Assembly (NCBI GenBank): GCA_963705625.1
Contig: CAVPKG010000008.1
Coordinates: 2,846 to 66,845, forward strand
Origin: an uncultured Actinomycetes bacterium
Lineage (GTDB): Bacteria; Actinomycetota; Acidimicrobiia; IMCC26256; DASPTH01
Direction of reading: 5' to 3'
DNA length: 64,000 nucleotides
A program made the translations under genes and the position numbers. Below are positions 39,029 to 50,389 of this stretch, in pieces. The notes beneath the pieces were generated by a model. That model was not told the origin of the DNA and ran no database searches. It saw only the letters and a program-made list of their open reading frames with translations. Position 1 is the first letter of the stretch. Every line of letters starts with the position of its first letter.

Positions 39029-41529
39029 TCACCCGTCGCCGGCCGGGACGCGCGCGCGTCCCATGGGTGGGGTCGGGATGAAGGGCTCGGGCTGCTGCTC
39101 GATGAGCCCGCGCGAGACCCAACCCCGCTTCGGCTGGTCGGCCCACACGAGCATCGGCGGGAGCACCACCAGCGCGCTGAGCAACGCGACGGCGACGTTC
39201 ATCGCCACGATGTGGCCGAAGTCGCGCAGCAGCGGCAGCGACGAGAACGAGAGCACCGCGACACCGGCGATCGCGGTGAGCGCCGAGACGACGAACGCGC
39301 GGCCGGTGCGCGACGCGGTGACGTCGATCGCCGCACGCGGCTCGAGCCCGCGCCGCCGTTCCTCGACGAAGCGCAGCAGGATCAGCGACGTGAACTCGGT
39401 ACAGGCCGCGACCACGAGCGGACCGCCGACCGCGGTCATCGGGCTGAGCTTGAAGCTGAGCCCGTACGCGACGAGCGACGCGATGCCCACCGCGATGAGC
39501 ACGGGCACGAGCGACAGCAGCGAGCGGATCACCGACCGGAGCCGGAACGCGAGGAACAGGAACACGAACAGGATCGCGAGGTAGGTGAGCTCGACCCGGT
39601 TCGCCTCGAGGTTGTCGAGCAGGCCGACGCCGACGACGGCGAGGCCGGAGGGCGTGGCCCGGATGCCCGGCGGGCGGCTCGGTGTCGGCACGGATCTCGC
39701 GGACGACGGGCGCTCGTGCGTCCAGCGACCCCTGGCCCGGTGCGGAACACGATGTTGAACGCGGTGCCGTTCTCGGCGACCGTCGACTTCTTGACGTCGG
39801 CCGGCGCGACGTCGTAGGCGGCGCTGCACGTCGTCACCGGTCGGTGCGATGTCGGTGGCACCGGGAACGTCGTCGACGATGTCGCCGATCGCGCGTCTCG
39901 ATGCTCGACCCGGTGAGCAGCAGCTTCGGGTACTTCTCGAGCGTGCCGGTTCGCGTGAAGTCGTGCGCGAACGTGACGAACTCGTCCGTGAAGACGTCCT
40001 TGCTCCGTGGCGAACACGCCGAGCTCGCTCGATCCGCCCGTCGGCGTTCGACCGTCTTGGATGTCCTTGATGGTCTGGCTGTTCTGGTTGACCCACTGGA
40101 TCGGGTCGGTCTGCAGCGTGAGCTTGCCCTCGACGACGATGCCGCCGACGAAGATCGCCGATGCTCACGACCGCGAACAGGACCGCGGCGCGCGCGGGGA
40201 GGCTGCCGAGCCAGACGACGAGCCGGCCGAGCGGACCGCTCGCGGAAGTCGCGGCCCTTGGTCGGCGACTTGAACTCGCGGATGCCGAGGATCGCGAGCG
40301 GCAGGATGATCGAGCAGAGGCAGATCGCCGCGATGCCGACCGCGAGCAGCAGCCCGAAGTCGCGGATCATCGGCACCTTGGCGAAGTGCAGCGCGGCGAA
40401 GGCGAAGATCGCGTCGAACGTGACGACGAGCAGCGCGGGTCCGAGGTTCCGGGCGGTCTCCTGGATCGGGTGCTCGGCGCGGTCGATCACGACCTCTTCC
40501 TCGACCCGCGCGTGCATCTGGATCGCGTAGTCGATGCCGATGCCGAGCATCACGGGCAGACCGGCGATCGTGACGATCGTGAGCGGGATCCCGAGGTAGC
40601 CCGCGAGGCCGAACGCCCAGATGACGCCGACGAGCACGACGCAGCAGCGGCAGCAGCCGCCACCGCACGTTGAACAGCACGAGCAGGATCACGACCATGA
40701 TCGCGACCGCGATGCGCGCCGAGCGTGAGCATCCCGCCGCGGAGGTAGTCGTTGATGTCCTTGAGCAGCACCGCCGCGCCGGTCGGTGACGATCGTCGTG
40801 TTCGCGAGATGCGAGCTTCGCCGCCTGCTGCCTGGACGAGCGTCGGCCGCCTTGCCTTCGGCCGTCGATCGACTCGTTGCCGGGAAGCCGCGTGACGATC
40901 TGCGCGGTGTGCTCGTCGAGGATGACCGAACGCAGCGCCTTCCGGACTTCCCCTGGTTGTCGTAGAGGAGGAACTTGCACCCACGCGGGGTTGTCGAGCG
41001 TGCGCTCCGCGAGTGGAATCGCGGCGAGGCGCTCGAGCGTCTTCACCGTGTCGGCCGTGCGCGCGCCGCGGCCGCCGGCGATCCGGGTACCTCCTTCGCC
41101 TGCGCGGCGAGCAGCGCCTTGCCGGCGACGCTCGTGGTCGGGTTGCCGTCCGGGCTCGAGACCAGCGCGTCCGAGAACTCGAGGATCGTGAGCGGCGTGA
41201 CGACCGCTGGACCTTGCCGGTTCGCATCAGCGTGTCGTGGAACTCCTTGAACTGCGCGGCGGCCGTCACCCGTGAAGAGCTCGTCGACCGTGTGGCCGGC
41301 CTTCATCGAGATGACGGTCAGCATCGCCTGGCCGCCGAAGAGGCGCTGGTAGACGACGTTGTCCTTGTAGACCTGGTCGCTCTTGTTGAGGTAGCTGTCC
41401 TGACCCGTCGCGAAGCTCAGCTGCGTGATCCCGAGACCGAGCGCGATCGTGACGACGACGCCGATCACCGTCACCCAGCACCGCGTGCTTGCCGAGCTGC
41501 ACGGCGATGTAGGACCAGAACCGCTGCAT
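39029..41529 (-). CDS. MMPL/RND family transporter (multiple frameshifts)
   Basis: LGIGIDYAIQ, PMIRDFG, PLLRDFG; two TM clusters across frames. Confidence 0.85.
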
Positions 41530-41577
41530 CACACCTCCCCCCGGGTATCGCTGCGAAGAGTACGACCGTTGCCGGTC

Positions 41578-42642
41578 TCAGTCGACGCGGCGGTGAGAGT
41601 GGCGATGGTGGATGTCGCTGACGTGCGCGTGCGAGTGCACGAGGTCGTCGTGATGATGCTGATGTGAGTGCGGTTCGTCCGGTGAGATGCCGGGATCATG
41701 GGTGTGCTGATGGTGTGCATCGTGGACGTGGACATGCGCGTGGTCCATCGGTTCGTGGCGATGGACGTGTTGGTGGCGCTCACTGAGCAGGAGCGCGACA
41801 CCGCATGCCATCAACGCACCGGCCACCAACTCCTGGAGACCGATTGACTCGGGCAGCACGAGTGGAGCGAGCAAGGCGCCGGCGAACGGTGCCACGGCGA
41901 ACACGGCTGCCTCGCGTGCCGCGCCGAGGCTGCGGAGCGCGAGCGCGTCCAGGTAGACGCTCATGCCGTAGCTGATGCCACCGAGCGCCAGCACGGCGGC
42001 AAGAATCGAGACCTGGGGCAGACTCTGTCCCACGATCACTGCGAGCACCGCGTTGACCGTCCCCGCGATGCCCACCTTCACCCTCACGATCGAGCGCGGA
42101 TCGCGAACCGTCAACGACTGGGTGAGGTTGTTGTCGATCGCCCAGCACGCGGACGCGGCGGCGATCAGCGCGATGCCGACCCAGTCCGCCCGAGTGCTCC
42201 CGGGCCCCAGTCCGAGCAGGAACGCGCCCGAGAAGATCACGACCGCACCCAACACCGCCTGCCGGGGTAGATGCTCCCGGAAGAGCGCGACCCCCACCGC
42301 GATGGTGAACGGGCCCTCGAGGTTCAAGAGCAGCGAACCGGTCACACCGGTCACGCGCTCCAAGCCGAGCAACAACAGCACCGGCGCGACCACGCCACCC
42401 GCAAGGATCATCGCGGCCATCCGAGGACCATCCGCGCGCTGGAGCGGTGCTTCCACCCGTGACCGGCGGCCGAACAGGCTGAGCACGACGAAGGCACCGA
42501 GATAGAGCAGGCCCGCCAACATCTGCGGCCGCACATCGGCCAGCAACACCTTTGCCAACGGCGCACTGATCCCGAACGACACCGCTGCCCCGAGTCCCAG
42601 CAGGACGCCTCGCCGGGCCGCCGAATTCCGCGCCACGCACAC
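41578..42642 (-). CDS. DMT/EamA family transporter with His-rich C-terminus
   Basis: about 10 TM segments, LLLNLEG, WAIDNNLT; tail HQHVHRHEPMDHAH..HHRHSH. Confidence 0.88.
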   Translation of the reverse strand: MCVARNSAARRGVLLGLGAAVSFGISAPLAKVLLADVRPQMLAGLLYLGAFVVLSLFGRRSRVEAPLQRADGPRMAAMILAGGVVAPVLLLLGLERVTGVTGSLLLNLEGPFTIAVGVALFREHLPRQAVLGAVVIFSGAFLLGLGPGSTRADWVGIALIAAASACWAIDNNLTQSLTVRDPRSIVRVKVGIAGTVNAVLAVIVGQSLPQVSILAAVLALGGISYGMSVYLDALALRSLGAAREAAVFAVAPFAGALLAPLVLPESIGLQELVAGALMACGVALLLSERHQHVHRHEPMDHAHVHVHDAHHQHTHDPGISPDEPHSHQHHHDDLVHSHAHVSDIHHRHSHRRVD

Positions 42643-42674
42643 GACCGTACCGCCGATCGCCGCACGAGGCGCGC

Positions 42675-42688
42675 GGGACGAACGGCCC
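42675..42688. promoter_or_regulatory. possible DosR-like operator box
   Basis: GGGACGAACGGCCC matches GGGACTAAAGTCCC at 11/14 positions, in a divergent intergenic region. Confidence 0.3.
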
Positions 42689-42757
42689 TACCGTCAACCG
42701 CCGAACGCTGCGATCGTCGATGGCGTCGAACGTTGCCAGCGAGGGAAGGAAGCCGAC

Positions 42758-43036
42758 GTGGGAACGATCCTGGCCGCAATGCACGCACGGGGATCTGACG
42801 ACTGGATGGACAACCACATGGGCGGTGGGAGTGGTTGGTGGTGGGTGATGGGCATCGGTTGGCTCGTGTTGCTCGCCGCGGTCGTCGTGGTGGTCGTGCT
42901 CCTCACACGGCGGCCCGGGAATCAGGACGGCCGCGGCGCGGCGCGGAGCGCCGAGGACGTGCTGGCGGATCGCTTCGCGTGGGTGAGATCGACGAGGCCG
43001 AGTTCTACCGGGAGGCGCGACGCGTTGCGCAGCTGA
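42758..43036 (+). CDS. SHOCT-domain small membrane protein (frameshifted)
   Basis: Met/Gly/Trp-rich N-terminus, one TM, AEDVLADRFA / GEIDEAEF. Confidence 0.8.
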   Translation: MGTILAAMHARGSDDWMDNHMGGGSGWWWVMGIGWLVLLAAVVVVVVLLTRRPGNQDGRGAARSAEDVLADRFAWVRSTRPSSTGRRDALRS

Positions 43037-43083
43037 TCACGGAGCTCTGGTCGTCGGTGTCCCGGATGTACGAGACTCGTCGC

Positions 43084-44314
43084 GTGGCGGCCGACGTCCC
43101 GAAGTCCCCGTTCTCACCGTCAACCGCTCCTCCCGTCGCGCATCCCGACTGGTCGCGCACGACCCGAGCCATCGTGGGCGGCCGCCCGGCACGCGCACCC
43201 GACGCGCCGTTGAACCCACCGCCGGTGTTCGCTTCGGCGTACCACGCCGGGGGTCCGGTGGCGTACGCCCGCGACGGCAACCCCACGTGGACCGCGCTCG
43301 AGGACGTTCTCGGCGACCTCGAAGGCGGCACCGCCGTCGCGTTCGCGTCCGGCATGGCCGCCACCGCGGCGATGTTCGACCAGGTCGCGATCGGGGGCGC
43401 CATCGTCGTGCCGAGAGACGGCTACTACGGCACGCGCGCGTTCCTCGACGCGGCCGTTGCCGGTCGGTGGGAGGTGCGACCGGTCGACGTCGCCGACACC
43501 GACGCGACCGTCGCCGCGTGCAACGGCGCGGCGTTGCTCTTCATCGAGTCGCCGACGAACCCGATGCTCGACGTCGCCGACATCCCCGCGCTCGCCGTAG
43601 CTGCGCAGTCACGAGGGCTCGTCGTGGCCGTCGACAACACGCTCATGACCCCGCTCGGCCAACGGCCGCTGGAGCTCGGCGCCGACGTCGTGGTGCACAG
43701 CGCGACGAAGCTCCTCGCCGGTCACTCCGACGTGGTCTTGGGTGCCGTGGTGACTCGTCGTGGCACCGAGCGGTGCGACCAGTTCCGGCAGCGCCGCTCG
43801 CTCGCGGGCGCCGTGCCCGGGCCGATGGAGACCTACCTCGCGTTGCGCGGCATCCGCACGCTGCCGCTGCGCTTCGAACGCGCGTCGGCCAATGCCGAGG
43901 GGCTCGCCCGTCGGCTCGAGCAACACCCCGGCGTCGAACGGGTCCGGTATCCCGGCCTCCCGTCGGACCCGGGACACGAACGTGCCCGCGCGCAGATGGA
44001 GAGTTTCGGGGCGATGCTCGCGTTCGAGGTCTACGGCGGAGCGGGCGCAGCCGAGGCGCTCGCGCGCTCGACCCGCCTGATCGTCCACGCCACCAGCCTC
44101 GGTGGCATCGAGACGACGATGGAACGCCGCCGCGAAGTGGCCCGGCGACCACGCGCCACCGGCGCTGCTGCGACTCAGCGTCGGATGCGAAGACCTCGAC
44201 GACCTCTGGGCCGACCTCGATCATGCGCTCGCCATCGCGGCAGCGGTTCGGCGCGCCGACACCACCGAGGTGGCCATCACGTCGCCACACGGGAGCCGGC
44301 GCGTGGACGAGTAG
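43084..44314 (+). CDS. PLP-dependent trans-sulfuration enzyme (cystathionine gamma-synthase/lyase; C-terminal frameshift)
   Basis: YARDGNPT, FASGMAA, ESPTNP, VDNT, HSATK..GHSD, SLGGIET, LRLSVG.ED. Confidence 0.9.
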
Positions 44315-44331
44315 CGAGCGACGAGACCGCG

Positions 44332-44415
44332 TGCCCGGGGAGGGAGTCGAACCCATCACGCTCTTTCGAGCCGGCGGGTTTAAGCCGCCTGCGTCTACCG
44401 TTCCGCCACCCGGGC
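44332..44415 (-). tRNA. tRNA-Leu (anticodon UAA)
   Basis: GCCCGGG acceptor stem, TGGCGGAACGGTAGACGC D-arm, anticodon loop CT-TAA-AC, long variable arm GGCTCGAAAGAGC, GGTTCGACTCC T-loop; CCA not encoded. Confidence 0.93.
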
Positions 44416-44430
44416 TCGGGCCACGAAAGG

Positions 44431-44742
44431 CTACGCCGCTCGGGCAGGGACCTCGCCGTGGACCGCGTCCTCGAGCGCGGCGCGGATGCGTGCCGCGTCG
44501 GCAGGCGCGACCCGGTTGGCGACGAGCACGCCCTCCACCATGTCGTCGAGCGCGGCCTCGAACGGGCGGCCCCGGAGCCGCACCGACACGACGGTGCCGC
44601 CCGGGTAACGGCGGATCGTGCGGGTTGCGCCCGCGATCCGCGGCGGGCAGCGGAACGCCGGCACGGCGAGCCCGCCCGCGTGCGCAGCGGCACCGAGGCG
44701 GCGGGCCGCATCGGCGAAGCGCAGCGCGGGGAGATTTTCCAC
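44431..44742 (-). CDS. conserved hypothetical protein
   Basis: PAFRCPPR..RTIRR..VSVRLRGRP..DMVEGVLVAN. Confidence 0.7.
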   Translation of the reverse strand: MENLPALRFADAARRLGAAAHAGGLAVPAFRCPPRIAGATRTIRRYPGGTVVSVRLRGRPFEAALDDMVEGVLVANRVAPADAARIRAALEDAVHGEVPARAA

Positions 44743-44781
44743 GCACACAGCATCGCGCCGGGCTGTGACACTTATTCCTCG

Positions 44782-46110
44782 ATGCAGGTCATCCGCCGCA
44801 GCCGCCACGACCGCGAGATCGTCCGCCTCGCCGTCCCCGCGCTCGGCGCGCTCGCCGCCGAGCCCCTCTACCTGCTCGCCGACACCGCCATCGTCGGCCA
44901 CCTCGGCACGAACCCGCTCGCCGGCCTCGCGGTCGCCGGCACCGTGCTCACCGCCGCCTTCTCCGTCTTCAACTTCCTCGCGTACGCCACCACCGCGTCG
45001 GTGGCACGTCAGGTGGGCGCCGGCAACCGGCGGGCCGCCTCCGAGCTCGGGATCGACGGGTGCTGGCTCGCGGTGGGGCTCGGGCTGGCGCTGACCGTCC
45101 TCGGCCTCGCGCTCGCGCCCGTCATCGTCGACGTGATGGGCGCGTCGAGGGTCGTGCACCCCTTCGCGGTCACGTACCTCCGCATCAGCATCCTCGGCGC
45201 ACCGGCGCTGCTGCTGACGCTCGCGGGCGCCGGCTACCTGCGCGGCATGCAGGACACGCGGACGACCCTCGTGATCGCGGTGGCGTCCAACACCCTCAAC
45301 CTCCTCCTCGAGCTTGCGTTCGTGTACGCCCTCCACCTCGGCATCGCAGGCTCGGCGTGGGGCACCGTCATCGCCCAGTTCGCCGCCGCGGCCGCCTACC
45401 TCCTCGTGGTGGGTCGTGCCGCCCGGCAGGCGGCAGCCTCGGTGCGGCCCCGTCCCGCCGGCATCCGTGCCAACGCGGCCGTCGGCAGCCGCCTCGTGAT
45501 CCGCACCGCGGCGCTCCTCGTGACCCTGCTCACGGCCACCGCGATCGCGGCCCGCTTCGGCGACGACGACGTGGCCGCGCACCAGGTCGCGATGCAGATC
45601 CTGCTGTTCCTCGCCCTCTCCCTCGACGCGCTGGCAATCGCGGCGCAGGCGATGGTGGGCCGGTTCCTCGGTGCCGACGCCGCGCACGACGCCCGCACCT
45701 CGGCGCGACGCCTCCTCGAATGGGGAGTCATGGCCGGAATCGTGCTCGGGATCACGGTCGCGCTGACGCGGCCGTGGCTCGCCGCGCTGTTCACCGACGA
45801 CGGCCACGTGCGCGCCCTCGTCGAGCAGCTCCTCTGGTTCGTCGCCGCGTTGCAGCCCGCGGCGGCGATCGTGTTCGTGCTCGACGGTGTGCTCATCGGT
45901 GCGGGCGACGCCGGCTATCTGGCGATCGCGATGCTCGCCGCGACCGTGGCCGTGTACCTGCCTGCCGCGTTGGTCGTCGCCGCGCTCGATGCCGGGTTGC
46001 TCTGGCTCTGGGGCGCGATCTCGCTCTGGATGATCGCCCGGCTGGTGGGCATGGTGGCGCGCTACCGCACCGACCGTTGGCAGGTGACCGGCGCGACGCG
46101 TTCGGTCTAG
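44782..46110 (+). CDS. MATE family efflux transporter (DinF-like)
   Basis: LAVPALGALAAEPLYLLADTAIVGHLG, AAHQV, FVLDGVLIGAGD. Confidence 0.92.
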   Translation: MQVIRRSRHDREIVRLAVPALGALAAEPLYLLADTAIVGHLGTNPLAGLAVAGTVLTAAFSVFNFLAYATTASVARQVGAGNRRAASELGIDGCWLAVGLGLALTVLGLALAPVIVDVMGASRVVHPFAVTYLRISILGAPALLLTLAGAGYLRGMQDTRTTLVIAVASNTLNLLLELAFVYALHLGIAGSAWGTVIAQFAAAAAYLLVVGRAARQAAASVRPRPAGIRANAAVGSRLVIRTAALLVTLLTATAIAARFGDDDVAAHQVAMQILLFLALSLDALAIAAQAMVGRFLGADAAHDARTSARRLLEWGVMAGIVLGITVALTRPWLAALFTDDGHVRALVEQLLWFVAALQPAAAIVFVLDGVLIGAGDAGYLAIAMLAATVAVYLPAALVVAALDAGLLWLWGAISLWMIARLVGMVARYRTDRWQVTGATRSV

Positions 46111-46748
46111 CTCAGGAACGCAGCTTCGATCTCGTGTTTCCGCGCGTTCCAGTCTTCGATCGTGATCGCGTAGCGCACGTGGTCTTCCCAGACCCCGCGG
46201 ATCTGGAGGAAGCGGAGCGCAGTTCCCTCGTCGCGCAGGCCGAGCTTCTCGGCGACGCGGCGGCTCTTCTCGTTGCGCGGGACGATCGCCGCCTCCATCC
46301 GGTGCAGGCCGAGCGTCTCGAACCCGTAGCGGATGAGGAGCGCGACCCCCTCGGGGACGTACCCGTTCCCCGCCTGCTTCTCGTCGATCCAGTAGCCGAT
46401 GAAGCTCGACTGGAACGGGCCGCGCAGCACGCTGCCGAGGCTCACCTCGCCGAGCAGGGTGCCGTCGCGCAGGATCAGGCCGAAGCCGTACGCAGTGTCG
46501 AACTGCCGCTGACGTTCCCATGCACCGCAGCGGGCGCGGAACGCGTCGCGATCGGCGACCGGGTCGGGCGAGCCGACCTCGGGCAGCGGCTCCCAGGGCT
46601 CGAGCCAGTCCCGGCTGCGGATCCGGATCTCGCGCCAGGCTTCGAAGTCGCGGCTCTCGAGCGCGCGCAGCATCACGCGCGGCCCGGCGAGCGATACTTC
46701 GCGGCGCGCTCTCACCTGCAACTCCCCATGGCCGCGAACACTACGCAC
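46107..46748 (-). CDS. RimJ-like GNAT N-acetyltransferase
   Basis: LEPWEP, IGYWID..AG.G, LHRMEAAI.PRN..SRRVAEKLG, WEDH. Confidence 0.9.
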   Translation of the reverse strand: MRSVRGHGELQVRARREVSLAGPRVMLRALESRDFEAWREIRIRSRDWLEPWEPLPEVGSPDPVADRDAFRARCGAWERQRQFDTAYGFGLILRDGTLLGEVSLGSVLRGPFQSSFIGYWIDEKQAGNGYVPEGVALLIRYGFETLGLHRMEAAIVPRNEKSRRVAEKLGLRDEGTALRFLQIRGVWEDHVRYAITIEDWNARKHEIEAAFLS

Positions 46749-46768
46749 CGATTCGTTACTGTGACCAG

Positions 46769-47350
46769 ATGACCGAGCCCCCCGCCGACGACCGGCTCGT
46801 GTGGCTCGACCTCGAGATGACCGGGCTCGACATCCGCCGTCACGTGATCGTCGAGATCGCCGCGCTCGTCACGAACGGCGCGCTCGAGCCGCTCGACGAG
46901 GGGATCGACGTCATCGTCCACCGACCGCCGACCGCGCTCGCGGAGATGGACGACTTCGTGCGGGCGATGCACACCCGATCGGGGCTGATCACGGCGATCG
47001 AGGCGTCGACCGTCTCGCTCGACGACGCCGGCGCGCAGGTGCTCGACTACGTGCGCGTCCACGTGCCGGAGCCGGGTACCGCGCCCCTGTGCGGCAACTC
47101 GATCGGCGTCGACCGCCGCTTCCTCGACGCCCAGCTCCCCGAGCTCGACCAGTACCTCCACTACCGCAGCATCGACGTCTCGAGCTTCAAGGAGCTGTGC
47201 CGGCGCTGGTACCCCGACGTGTACCGCAAGCGTCCCGCGAAGGTGGAGACGCACCGCGCGCTCGCCGACGTCCACGAGTCGATCGCCGAGCTGCGCTACT
47301 ACCGCGAGGCGATGCTGCGACCCGCCGCCGAAACCTCGGCGCCTCCGTCA
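46769..47350 (+). CDS. orn: oligoribonuclease (stop uncertain; as read the ORF continues to 47545)
   Basis: LVWLDLEMTGL, MHTRSGL, LCGNSI..DRRFL, HYRSIDVSS, HRALAD..ESI.EL. Confidence 0.92.
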
Positions 47351-48467
47351 GGCGAGCAGCTCGCGGAGCGCGCCGAGCAGCGTGGTGACCGAGCGCTCGC
47401 GCGCCGAGTGGCCCATGAGCCCGATGCGCCACGCCCTGCCCGCGAACTCGCCGAGGCCGCCGCCGACCTCGATGCCGTAGGTCTCGAGCAGCGCCTTGCG
47501 CAGCGTCGGCGTCGTCGGCGCCGTCGGGCAGCCACGCGGTGGTGAGCTCGGGGAGCCGGTGCCCCTCGGGCACCGACCAGCCGGAACCCGAGCTCGGGGA
47601 GCTCCGCCTGGAGCCGCGTGCCGACGGCGCGGTGGCGCGCCCACGCCGCCTCGAGGCCCTCGTCGAGCAGCGCGCCGAGCGCGGCGTGCAGCGCGAAGAT
47701 CATCGCGACCGGCGCGGTGTGGTGGTACACGCGCGCGCGCCCGCGACGTAGTTGGCGATGAGCGACAGGTCGAGGTACCACGACTGCGGCGCGTGCTCGC
47801 GCGGACTGCGAGCGCGGTCGACGGCGCGGTCGGAGAACGTGACCGGCGACAGGCCCGGCGGCACGCCCGAGGCACTTCTGGGTGCCGGAGTAGCACGGCG
47901 TCGACGCCCCAGCCGTCGATCTCGACCGGGATGCCGCCGAGCGACGTGACGGTGTCGACGAGCAGCAGCGTGTCGGTGTCGCTGCAGCGCGCGGAGCGGC
48001 GCGATGTCGTTCTCGACGCCGGTCGACGTCTCGGCGTGCACGACCGCGACGACGCGCGCGTCCGGGTGCTCGCGCTGCGCGTCGAGCAGGCGCTGCGGGT
48101 CGAGCGGCAGCCCCCAGCGCTCCTCGACGCGCACGACGTCGGCGCCGCAGCGGCGCGCCACCTCGCACATGCGGTCGCCGAACACGCCGTTGACGCCGAC
48201 GATCGCGGTGTCGCCGGGCTCGAGCAGGTTGACGAAGCACGCCTCCATGCCGGCCGAGCCGGTGCCGGTGATCGGCAGCGTGAGCGCGTTGTCGGTGCGG
48301 AACACCGTGCGCAGGCGCGCCATCGTCTCGTCGAGGATCGCGAGGAACTCGGGATCCATGTGCCCGAGCAGCGGCCGCGCGAGCGCGGCGGTCGCCTCGG
48401 GGTACGGGTTCGACGGGCCCGGCCCGAGGAGCAGGCGGCCAGTGATCGGACGGCGGGTGATCGGCAC
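47348..48467 (-). CDS. class V aminotransferase (alanine-glyoxylate-like; multiple frameshifts)
   Basis: [53 protein letters not shown]. Confidence 0.88.
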
Positions 48468-48491
48468 GCGCCGAGACGCATTGGACCGCGG

Positions 48492-48859
48492 TCAGCTGCG
48501 CACGGCGAGCGGGAACCAGTGCACGAGCAGCCGGCTCACTTCGCTCTCGACGCCGTGCGCGGCGACCAGGCCACGCGCGACCTCCGCCGCGGCGCGCGCC
48601 ACGTGCGTGACGTCGGGGTCGGGCAGCTCGCATCCCCTGCGCCGCTGCGGTCCGCTGGACGATCTGCGCGGCGTCCCACGCGGCGTGCGCGGCTTCGCGG
48701 GAGCGGTGCGTGTGCCGGAGCGCGCGGTCGATCGCGATGGTCGCTCGCCACGCGTCGACTTCGTCGCCCGCGGTGTCACTCTCGAGCGAACGCGCGATCG
48801 CGTGGATGTCGTGGCGGCGTGAGCCTGCTCAGCGCTTCGGCGAACTCCGAATTGGCCAT
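48492..48859 (-). CDS. hypothetical protein (frameshifted)
   Basis: [14 protein letters not shown] / [16 protein letters not shown] / [20 protein letters not shown] across frames. Confidence 0.5.
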
Positions 48860-49001
48860 GACCGCTATTCTCGGCACAAATCATGAACGAGTTGGGGGAT
48901 TTCGCGGTTCCCGGACGTGAATTCCGTGTTACCGGTGGCACATTCCGTGAGGTTGCAGGGCCTGGCGGGGCCGGAATCGCGTCGAGGCGACGGCGGCGCG
49001 G

Positions 49002-49930
49002 TCAGCTGAGGCTGCGCACGAGGCCGTCGAGGATGTCGGCCTCCGAGACGAGCATCTCGTCGAAGCCGAGCACGCGCAGGATGGTCACGAGCACGATCAC
49101 GCCACCGACGATCACGTCGACCCGACCGGGCTCGAGCCCGGGGTTGTGGCGCGCGCTGCGCGGCGGTCTCGGTCGCGAGCGTGCGGAACACGTCTTCCGC
49201 AGCCGCCGCGCGTCAGGCGGAAGTGGTGGATGCGCTCGGGGTCGTACTCGGGGAGGCCGAGCTCGATCGCGGCGACGGTCGTGACCGTGCCGGCGAGGCC
49301 GACGAGCGTGCCGGCCTCGCGCGGCGCCCGGCACGACGCGCGGCACGTCGGCGACGAGGTCGCGCACGGTGGCGACCGCGTTCGACAGCTCCTCGGGCGC
49401 GGGCGGGTCGGACGTGAGGAACTGCTCGGTGATGCGCACGCACCCGATGTCGAGCGAGACGAGCCCGTCGGGCTCGTGCGGTGCCGAGCACGAACTCGGT
49501 CGACCCGCCACCGATGTCGACGACGAGGTAGGGCGACGGGGCGTCGAGGTCGGCGGTGGCACCGAGGAACGAGAGCGCCGCCTCCTCCTCGCCGGAGAGG
49601 AGCTCGGGGGTCACGCCGAGGGCGTCGAGCGCGGCGCCGAAGAAGTCGTCGCGGTTGCGTCGCGTCGCGTGCCGCGCTGGTCGCCGTGGCGCGCACGCGT
49701 TGCACGCCGTGCTCGTCGAGCGCGGCCCGGTACTCGCGCAGCACGTCGACGGTGCGCTCGATCGCGTCGGGCGCGAGCGCGCGGGCGCGGTCGACACCCT
49801 GGCCGAGCCGGGTGATGCGCATCCGCCGGTCGAGCGTGCGCAGCTTCGCGTCGCGGCCCGAGCCGTCGACGTCGGCGACGAGCAGCCGCACCGAGTTCGT
49901 GCCGATGTCGACCGCGCCGAGCGTGCTCAC
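49002..49930 (-). CDS. ppx: Ppx/GppA phosphatase (frameshifted)
   Basis: AVDIGTNSVRLL, ATSAARDA, GEEEA, DIGGGSTE, SEADILDG. Confidence 0.9.
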
Positions 49931-50379
49931 GAACCGTCCCTGAGGTGGGCGGCGACCCACGCGCCGACGGGGTCGTCGCCGCCGGCGAGGAAGTAGGCGT
50001 AGTGCGCGTGGAGGCACTTCACGCCGGTGCGGGTGCCGCCGACACCGCCGTGCGGGCGCGGACCCGCGTGGCCGGCCGGGAGCGCGGCGTCGCGCTCCGC
50101 CGCGTAGGCGTCGTGCGCGGCGCGCAGCGCGTCCGGGTCGACGGCCTCCTCGGCGGCGCGCACACCGCCGGCCGACTCGAGCCGCGACACCGCGGTCGAC
50201 GAGGTCGCGGTCGACGAGCCAGTAGCGGGTCGGCATCGGCGTGCCGTCGCGGGTGAGCGGCGCGTTGCGGATCACGACCGGCGCGCCCGTCGCACCGCGC
50301 ACGACGACGTCGAACTCGGCCTCGGCGGACGGCCCGAGCAGCGCGGTGAGCGCGGCGACGTCGTCGGGGAGGCGACCAT
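49927..50379 (-). CDS. DUF501 family protein (frameshifted)
   Basis: DGTPMPTRYWL, SRLESAGG, GVKCLHAHYA; conserved eno-divIC-DUF501-ppx order. Confidence 0.85.
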
Positions 50380-50389
50380 CGGCCGCAGT

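Noticed and set aside
41578-44415. Genomic island integrated at tRNA-Leu
   Set aside because: No integrase and no duplicated tRNA 3' end found in the window.
42835-46110. 1091-aa ORF as a trans-sulfuration enzyme-MATE fusion
   Set aside because: Artefact of a frameshift plus stop-poor GC-rich DNA; it spans an antisense tRNA and a separate minus-strand gene.
46769-47545. C-terminally extended Orn overlapping the convergent gene by about 200 bp
   Set aside because: Lies at the edge of an error-rich stretch; the extension is simply the antisense of the neighbour.
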